From: Sedimentisphaerales bacterium
GTDB taxonomy: Bacteria; Planctomycetota; Phycisphaerae; Sedimentisphaerales; SM23-30
Assembly: GCA_963666285.1 (NCBI GenBank)
Contig: OY762711.1
Length of the DNA: 64,000 bases
Reading direction: 5' to 3' (one strand)
The translations under genes and the position numbers were made by a program. The number at the start of each line of letters is the position of its first letter. Within the stretch, counting starts at the first letter, position 1. Positions 57,320 to 64,000 of this stretch are shown piece by piece. The notes under the pieces were generated by a model. That model was not told the DNA's origin. It made no database searches and saw nothing but the letters and a program-made list of their open reading frames with translations.

Positions 57320-58723
57320 TTATCGAGGAAATAATTTTAGCACCGTTCCGGGTTGATTCAAAACTACATAAATCGCACCATCTGGCCCACAGGCTACATC
57401 TCTTACCCGACCGCAATTTTTTAATATCACCTGTTCGTGTATAACACGATTATTCTTTATATTTAGAACTCGAACATCTTCATATTTTAATGCACCAACC
57501 AGCAATCGATTCTTCCACAACGGAAATAGATCACCCCTGTAAAAGTCTATGCCGCATACTGCAGTTGAAGGCTTCCAGTAAAATATCGGCTGCTCCATAC
57601 CCGGTTTGTCAGTCAGTTTTGTTATGCTCGATCCGTCATAATTTCGACCATATGAAATTACCGGCCAGCCATAGTTTTTCCCGCCTTCGACTAGATTTAG
57701 CTCATCTCCCCCAAGCGGGCCATGCTCCGAAATCCATATCTGACCCGTTAAAGGATGTGTTGCCATACCCTGCGGATTTCGATTACCATATGTATATATC
57801 GTTGGCAACGCATTAGCAGCACCGGCAAACGGATTGTTTTCCGGGATAGAACCGTCTCTATTGATTCGATGTATTTTACCATTTGGCCGGTTTAGCAGCT
57901 GTGCATGGTCCATCTCTCCCCTTTCACCTATTGAAAAATATAAATACCCCTGCGGATCAAAAGAAATCCTGCATCCATAATGGTGACGGGTTTCAAGGTA
58001 CGTATCATGCGGTGCTTCATATATCACCTGCTGGTCAATCCACGTATTACCTGCGATCCTGCCGCGAACAATTCTTGTCATTGCCGGCGGCCTGTCTCTG
58101 CCGGGTTCACTCAGCTTATGGCTGTATGATAAATATATCCAGCCATTCTCATCATATTCAGGATCAACTGCGACATCCAGCAGCCCACCTTGCCCTTCAG
58201 CCAATACTTCTGGAACTCCAGCCACCAGCTCAGATAAGAGAACACCATCTCTTACTATTCTCAAACGCCCCGGCCGCTCTGTAATTAAGGCATAATCTTT
58301 ACTGACAAAATCTATCGACCAGGGCACCTCCAGGTTTTCAGCATATTTTTCGATCTTGATCTCATAATCCATCGTCTGAACTGAATCTGGAATTGGCGGC
58401 TTGGAAATACCCGCAGCTCGCTCTGATTTAAGCAGATATTCAACCACTTGACTTATTTGCCGGTCAGATAATGATTTATTATATCCCGGCATTCCAAGAT
58501 GCTGGATACCATACCTGATATTCTGCCCTATCGCCCAACTACCTTCACCATACTGCCAGACACCGTCTGCCAGACTTTGAGCATTACCACCCTGTAAATC
58601 TATACCGTGACATGAACTGCAGGATTCTACATATATAGCCCTACCGGGATGTAAATCCAATTCCTGGGCCATTCCAAATGTTACAGAACCAAATACAATT
58701 AACAATATAATGCATTTTTTCAT
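57320..58723 (-). CDS. PQQ-dependent (glucose/sorbosone) dehydrogenase with N-terminal cytochrome c
   Basis: CSSCHG heme motif; ITERPGRL, GQGGLLDV, YGNRNPQG, EHGPLGGDELN, GKNYGWP. Confidence 0.9.
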   Translation of the reverse strand: MKKCIILLIVFGSVTFGMAQELDLHPGRAIYVESCSSCHGIDLQGGNAQSLADGVWQYGEGSWAIGQNIRYGIQHLGMPGYNKSLSDRQISQVVEYLLKSERAAGISKPPIPDSVQTMDYEIKIEKYAENLEVPWSIDFVSKDYALITERPGRLRIVRDGVLLSELVAGVPEVLAEGQGGLLDVAVDPEYDENGWIYLSYSHKLSEPGRDRPPAMTRIVRGRIAGNTWIDQQVIYEAPHDTYLETRHHYGCRISFDPQGYLYFSIGERGEMDHAQLLNRPNGKIHRINRDGSIPENNPFAGAANALPTIYTYGNRNPQGMATHPLTGQIWISEHGPLGGDELNLVEGGKNYGWPVISYGRNYDGSSITKLTDKPGMEQPIFYWKPSTAVCGIDFYRGDLFPLWKNRLLVGALKYEDVRVLNIKNNRVIHEQVILKNCGRVRDVACGPDGAIYVVLNQPGTVLKLFPR

Positions 58724-58889
58724 TATTTAAGCCCCATCGTCAATTTGAAATCTTCAACTCTCAAAATATCTGCACAACCAAACCAGTGCTGTATTGCAGT
58801 CAAAATTTCGGCACTCAAAGATATTAGACATAAAAACACGCAAAACACTATTTTATGGTAGAAAAGCATTATTAGACACTAAAGAATAA

Positions 58890-58961
<72 letters not shown>

Positions 58962-58983
58962 ATAAGTCATTGACTTTCAAAAG

Positions 58984-59011
58984 AATATAACATTTTTCCT
59001 GCACTTGTCAA
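58984..59011 (-). promoter_or_regulatory. Sigma70 promoter of tRNA-Gly
   Basis: TTGACA-N16-TATATT on the minus strand about 22 bp upstream of the tRNA. Confidence 0.6.
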
Positions 59012-59081
59012 GCACATTTTTACCCCTCTAGCGGCATTTCTGCGTCAGAGTTGATTGCACTTTTACCTGTCTTGTTGTTAC

Positions 59082-59756
59082 TTAATGTAAGTGCAACTCC
59101 GACGGAAGTTGAGTAAAATCCTTAATAAGCCAATCTGGACTTTCATCTGCTAGTTGCATTTCTGGGAATGTGGTTGCTAACGCCAGACATTTAGCACCAG
59201 CTGCTTTGGCGGCACGGATACCAGATATGGAATCTTCGACCACCATACAATCTTCTGTAGAGTATCCAAGTGTCGTTGCCAACTTATTATATGGTTCTGG
59301 ATCAGGTTTGCCATTTATAACGTCCTCCGCGGTTATGATCACACGAAAAACATCTGCCAATCCTACTTTTGCCAACGCCAAATGGGCATTATCGGGAATG
59401 GCACTGGTAGCAATACCTACCGCTACGCCAGACTCGACAAGTTTTACTACAAAATCCACAGCCCCCGGAACGGCCGATACCGGTTCATTCTCCAGCAAGC
59501 TATGAAAATACTTCTCACGTTCAAACGTTAATGTCGCAACCTGACTGGCTTTCAAATCACCGCCTAACAACTGTCGGATGTTCTCCTCTGCTCGACGCCC
59601 GTTAGTAGCGAGTATCTGTTCTTGAGTAGGCTCGACACCATTTAACCTGGTGAAATCAGTCCAGACTTTATAATGCAAATCAGTAGTATCAACCAAAACG
59701 CCATCCAAGTCAAACATAACTGCTTTGAATGGATAATTATTTATCTTTATCGTCAA
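59082..59756 (-). CDS. HAD-family phosphatase (beta-phosphoglucomutase-like)
   Basis: FDLDGVLVDT, ATS, GKPDPEPY and VVEDS..G motifs. Confidence 0.9.
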   Translation of the reverse strand: MTIKINNYPFKAVMFDLDGVLVDTTDLHYKVWTDFTRLNGVEPTQEQILATNGRRAEENIRQLLGGDLKASQVATLTFEREKYFHSLLENEPVSAVPGAVDFVVKLVESGVAVGIATSAIPDNAHLALAKVGLADVFRVIITAEDVINGKPDPEPYNKLATTLGYSTEDCMVVEDSISGIRAAKAAGAKCLALATTFPEMQLADESPDWLIKDFTQLPSELHLH

Positions 59757-59927
59757 CCTAAAACCTCATAAATCATTAGAATCGTTTTTTATTGATATAT
59801 AATCTACTAACCAGAACTTTTATACATTCTAATTAGCATTCTCATATACAACAGAGTAATAGTACCGGAATCAAATATTTGGTTCAAGTTTTTCTTATGG
59901 TTCGAAAAATAATCTCTTTACAATAAA

Positions 59928-59964
59928 AAAAGGCAACCGGAATGAATAATACCGGCTGCCCTTA
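59928..59964 (-). terminator. Intrinsic terminator after gene 60004-61410
   Basis: aaaaggcaaccgg...ccggctgccctt hairpin with a U-tract on the minus strand. Confidence 0.65.
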
Positions 59965-60003
59965 TAAGATATTATGTTAAATTAACCTTAAACTAGTTAC
60001 ACA

Positions 60004-61410
60004 CTAGTTATCAATCATACACCCCAGTTTATCACTCATACATTCAAGCCAGCTTCCTGCCATTAAAGCGAAATCTACCAAATCTGTATCACAATCACCA
60101 TCAATATCACCATGACCGGCTGGATAACCGGCGGCAATATCAGATGGGTCTGCTTTGGCCGCTTCACACGCATTTACATAAACACCAACATTTAGCTGAT
60201 CAGTTACGGAACCAACCACATCAGAAACAGTTAACTGGAACAGGAACCAGCCGTCACCATCTATATCCACTGTTGTTACAACGGAATCAGGACTGTTTAT
60301 TGTCACAGTTGTGCCCGGTGCCTGTTCGAGCGGATTCGATAGATCTTCCCATAATATAGTAACTGGACTCTTTCCATCGTCATTATAATTCCCCATTAAG
60401 GTGAACTGCGTATCCCCGTCTTCCAGCCATACATATTGATCTGCACCGGCATACACATCTGTTGGTGCTGAATCTGCTGTCTGGAAATACCACACAGGAC
60501 CTGATGCTGTAGTACCCATACTTGGATCAGTTATATACACTTTCCAATAATAGTGTTTATTAGGGCTAAGTGAAACTGTTGCTGACTCCTGAGTTTCGTC
60601 AACTACTAGTACTTGCACTCCTTCATCATACAATTCCGGGCCCATATTAGGATCGGTCGCCATTTTTACATCACTTTCATACAAATATGCCATAGCGGTA
60701 ATAGGCTGTGCCGGATCATTTGGATCTGGGTTTGACCAGCTTACAGTAGTTGACGTTGCAGGATAACCACTATTATCTGCCGGCACCGGATTCTGCGGCG
60801 GTTGTCCGCCATAATAACCAATTGTCACACCAGTCATTGCTTCAGATGATGCCGGATCTACCGGAGGAGCAACAATCTGGAATCCTACCTGCAGAATATA
60901 TCCATTATATGATGGATCTATATTTAGCTCTAATTTATGATCTCCTGCTGTAAGATCTTCAGTGTACATGCCGATGAAATTATAACCGGGGGCAAAGACC
61001 TTAAAAAAGGCATAAGCCGGAGTACCTGCCGGCAAATCGTTCGATTTTACTCTGAATTCAAATATTGCTTTCTCTCCGGCAAAGTCTATCCCATTTATTT
61101 CATAATATAAATTAGCCTCAACCTGCTTATTACCCAACCCTGTTGTAGGATTAACCCAGTATTCATCGCCTGGAGCATAATTATTTGTATTCAGCTGCAT
61201 ATAAATCATATCATTTTCAACAAAACTTGCTCGCAAGTCTGCAATTCCCCAGGAACTACCCCAAAGATACCCGCCGCCGTTGGCTGGCAGTTCATACACA
61301 TTCACATATCCGTTCCATGATTCATCGGGACCGGGTATGAATGTAACATCAGCTTGAACAGATGAAAATACCAAAAACAACATCGCAAACACTGCAATTA
61401 CTTTTTTCAC
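60004..61410 (-). CDS. Secreted protein: Trp-rich unknown domain + FN3/Ig-like + PKD-like + dockerin-like tail
   Basis: Signal peptide; WNGYVNVY...WGSSWG; LSPNKHYYWKV; AGADQ...FQLTVSD; GDIDGDCDTDLVDFALMAGSWL. Confidence 0.8.
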   Translation of the reverse strand: MKKVIAVFAMLFLVFSSVQADVTFIPGPDESWNGYVNVYELPANGGGYLWGSSWGIADLRASFVENDMIYMQLNTNNYAPGDEYWVNPTTGLGNKQVEANLYYEINGIDFAGEKAIFEFRVKSNDLPAGTPAYAFFKVFAPGYNFIGMYTEDLTAGDHKLELNIDPSYNGYILQVGFQIVAPPVDPASSEAMTGVTIGYYGGQPPQNPVPADNSGYPATSTTVSWSNPDPNDPAQPITAMAYLYESDVKMATDPNMGPELYDEGVQVLVVDETQESATVSLSPNKHYYWKVYITDPSMGTTASGPVWYFQTADSAPTDVYAGADQYVWLEDGDTQFTLMGNYNDDGKSPVTILWEDLSNPLEQAPGTTVTINSPDSVVTTVDIDGDGWFLFQLTVSDVVGSVTDQLNVGVYVNACEAAKADPSDIAAGYPAGHGDIDGDCDTDLVDFALMAGSWLECMSDKLGCMIDN

Positions 61411-61993
61411 TTATGATACCTCCAATTTAAAGAGTTAATCGTTCACCTAAGCCAAAATAGTCTAGGCCTTAACAAGAAACAGGACATATATTACCCACTA
61501 AAGAGTAAAATATTTAAAAAGTCGATTGCGATAAAAACTAGTTCAATAAAATCTATATATCACTGATAAAAATATACTTACTTTGAATAACTATAAGAAC
61601 GTTTTGAAATCATTTTAAGCTTTCTATATATATAATACTTGATATCCAAAAATTTAGAGCCAAAAAATACAAAAAAATACAAAACAGTAAAAAGTTTAGA
61701 CTGTGCACAATCACCAAAACAGCAGCAATAGCCATAAGCAATTGCGATACAACAACTTAAACAAAAACTCGAGCGATAGCAATTATTTTACCGGCATACA
61801 TTTCAAAAAATATTTTTATATTCTGAATACCCTTGACCAAAGCTGTAGAAATATGTAATATAATCTTATGAGAAGTTTTGCGATTCTTAATATTCAGTTT
61901 TGTCGATAGCTGATTTTTTACTTTCTTGAATATCTATATATTTTTAATTTTATATAATTCTATTTTAATATCACTTTTTTCGGAGGAAAGAAC

Positions 61994-62635
61994 ATGAAAA
62001 AGGTAATGGTTTCCTTATTGTTGCTCTGTCTTGTATCACTTTCTCAAGCTGCTCTTGTTACTGTTGACGAAAATGCTTCCTGGAATGGCTACATGAATGT
62101 TTTTGACACAAGCGGTAACTATCAATGGGGCAGCGGCTGGGGGCTAGCAGACCTTCCCGCTACTTTTGAAAATGGTGAACTTGTCCTAAGAGCAAACACC
62201 AATGTATGGAATGCTGACGACGCATACTGGGTCGATCAGACAACAGGTTTAGGCAACAAAATTATGAATGCTAATTTCTACCAGGAATTAGGTACTGGCT
62301 ATAACGGTCAGACTATATCTCTGGAATACGAAGTAACAGAAAATACTTTAGCCGATGCTGGTTATGTGACACAGGCATTTATTAAAATATTTAACTCAAA
62401 CTATTCTATTAATGATGAAATTTATGCAGATTTGACATTTGGTACAAATACTCTTGAACTGACTGTCGCAGACGATGCTTCTTTAATTGTTCAGGCTGGA
62501 TTTGTTATCCACGGGTTAAATATCGACCCTGCTTCTCCTGAAGCCGCTTTAGACGTTTCTATTGTAGCTGTCCCAGAACCAGCTACCGTTGTATTGCTTG
62601 GTATCGGCGGACTCCTTCTAAAACGCAGAAAATAA
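61994..62635 (+). CDS. PEP-CTERM protein carrying the same Trp-rich domain
   Basis: GGAGG RBS, signal peptide, C-terminus VPEPATVVLLGIGGLLLKRRK. Confidence 0.92.
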   Translation: MKKVMVSLLLLCLVSLSQAALVTVDENASWNGYMNVFDTSGNYQWGSGWGLADLPATFENGELVLRANTNVWNADDAYWVDQTTGLGNKIMNANFYQELGTGYNGQTISLEYEVTENTLADAGYVTQAFIKIFNSNYSINDEIYADLTFGTNTLELTVADDASLIVQAGFVIHGLNIDPASPEAALDVSIVAVPEPATVVLLGIGGLLLKRRK

Positions 62636-62678
62636 GCAAACATGGCAATAGTTAGACCTTAACTACTTAACAAATATA

Positions 62679-62713
62679 TAAAAGACTTCTCAAGTATTTT
62701 GAGAAGTCTTTTA
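62679..62713. terminator. Bidirectional intrinsic terminator
   Basis: taaaagacttctcaa-gtatt-ttgagaagtctttta perfect stem between convergent genes. Confidence 0.8.
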
Positions 62714-62816
62714 ATTTTACACTAACTGACAATATATTGGTTTGACCTGTTCATAATCAGCCTTCATAAATCAGCTATCGTAATCCTGGATTATTAGACA
62801 TAAAAGTATTCTGCTA

Positions 62817-64000
62817 TTATTGTTCAAGGCGTTTATATACACGCACATAATCAATCATAAATTTCTGCGGAAAACTATTCTCATCTATTATCCTGGCTTC
62901 ATCCGGCCACCAGTTTGATCCTATTGCAAAATTTAATATTATAAAAAACGGCTGATTAAATGGTGCCGGATAATCACCTGTACTGCTCCACCAGCTGGAG
63001 CTTGAATAGTAATTCACATCATCCCAATACCATCTTATCTGGGTTTCATCCCATTCTATCGCATAAACATGGTAATCTGACGACATATCGCCAATCGTGG
63101 TATCCTCACCGCCATTCGAATTGTGGTTATAAGGATCAGAGCTCCCGTAGTGAATCGTGCCGATTGCTTTACTTCCATTTTCCATCATTTCAACAATATC
63201 TATTTCACCACTTGACGGCCAGCCTACACTGGATATATTATCGCCCAACATCCAGAAAGCCGGCCATATGCCATAACCGCCCTCAGGCATTCTTATTTTT
63301 GCCTCTATCCTTCCATATTTGAAACTCTGCTTACCCTGAGTCTTAATCCTCGCTGAAGTAAAATGCATACCGCCATAGTCTTCATTTCGAGCTTTAATAA
63401 TCAAAAAACCATCTTCAATTCGACAATTTTCTTCGCGTGCTGTATAATATTGTTTTTCACCATTACCCCAGCCGCCGTTACCGGTACCAATTTCATTTGT
63501 CCAGTTTGCAGTATCCAAAGATGTCCCGGTAAATTCATCTGACCACACCAGTTCATAGTTTGGCTTAACAATAATATTGTTTAACCATGCTGCTGCAAGT
63601 ACATTCAAATCAATTATATCTATTATTTCTTCACCGCCCAGATTATTATCTTTACTCTCAATCTGCCATACACCTGCTATTTTGGCAAAATCAAAGTTAT
63701 TGACTTCCTCATCTCCATTTAGGTCTGGATCATTAACTACAGCTCCCCTATACAGCTCGATATTATCCCAAAAAGCCTTGCCTGTTGAACCATTTCCGGT
63801 TGATGATGTTAAACACCCTATCCGAACTTCCTTGGTTCCAGTTGGCGCAACAACAGTTTGCGAAAAGTCATACCACTGCCCCGCCGTATGCGAAGATGTC
63901 AGCAAACCCACAGCTGTGACAAACAAACGTGTTCCATTTGGAAAATAATCATCATAAAACTCAAGGGTCATATATGCATTCTTGTTAACCAAAACCTCGT
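62817..64000 (-). CDS. Glycoside hydrolase family 16 (laminarinase-like) with CBM-like and dockerin-like modules; 5' end outside the window
   Basis: WSDEF, GWGNGEKQYY, TSARI, WPAFWMLG, catalytic EIDIVE, IDYVRVY. The frame is open to the window edge. Confidence 0.92.
   Translation of the reverse strand, partial: EVLVNKNAYMTLEFYDDYFPNGTRLFVTAVGLLTSSHTAGQWYDFSQTVVAPTGTKEVRIGCLTSSTGNGSTGKAFWDNIELYRGAVVNDPDLNGDEEVNNFDFAKIAGVWQIESKDNNLGGEEIIDIIDLNVLAAAWLNNIIVKPNYELVWSDEFTGTSLDTANWTNEIGTGNGGWGNGEKQYYTAREENCRIEDGFLIIKARNEDYGGMHFTSARIKTQGKQSFKYGRIEAKIRMPEGGYGIWPAFWMLGDNISSVGWPSSGEIDIVEMMENGSKAIGTIHYGSSDPYNHNSNGGEDTTIGDMSSDYHVYAIEWDETQIRWYWDDVNYYSSSSWWSSTGDYPAPFNQPFFIILNFAIGSNWWPDEARIIDENSFPQKFMIDYVRVYKRLEQ

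Overview
This 64 kb bacterial window most likely comes from an anaerobic planctomycete (Phycisphaerae/Sedimentisphaerales-like). That assignment is inferred from the LEPR-XLL, PEP-CTERM and dockerin-like 'DxDGDxxVDxxDFxxxAxxWL' proteins and the grpE-FmdB-yacG gene order. From the left it holds the 5' part of a giant LEPR-XLL beta-helical surface protein (>2400 aa, absent from the ORF track), then PEP-CTERM, DUF4838 and GH43 genes with a fold-back MITE. Next come a decayed RHS locus with an array of low-GC immunity-like genes, a 1.5 kb non-coding field of short tandem repeats and mini-hairpins, a radical SAM + PHP/GT4 operon, and a nine-gene TonB-dependent uptake cluster. Three promoters in the 19-35 kb block share 11-bp-periodic TTAAC/T direct repeats placed 9 nt before a -10 hexamer, suggesting a phosphate-starvation (Pho-like) regulon. 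An IS66-like end is fused to a 3' remnant of grpE. The right half has core genes (yacG, serA, fliM, rarA, tkt), an integrase/IS5 chimeric remnant at tRNA-Val, a HypD-like glycyl radical enzyme with its activase, and a Cus-type RND system with triplicated YHS domains. It ends with a cytochrome c-PQQ dehydrogenase, tRNA-Gly, a HAD hydrolase, two divergent secreted proteins sharing an uncharacterised Trp-rich domain, and a partial GH16 gene. All calls were made by eye from motifs; no database searches were run.
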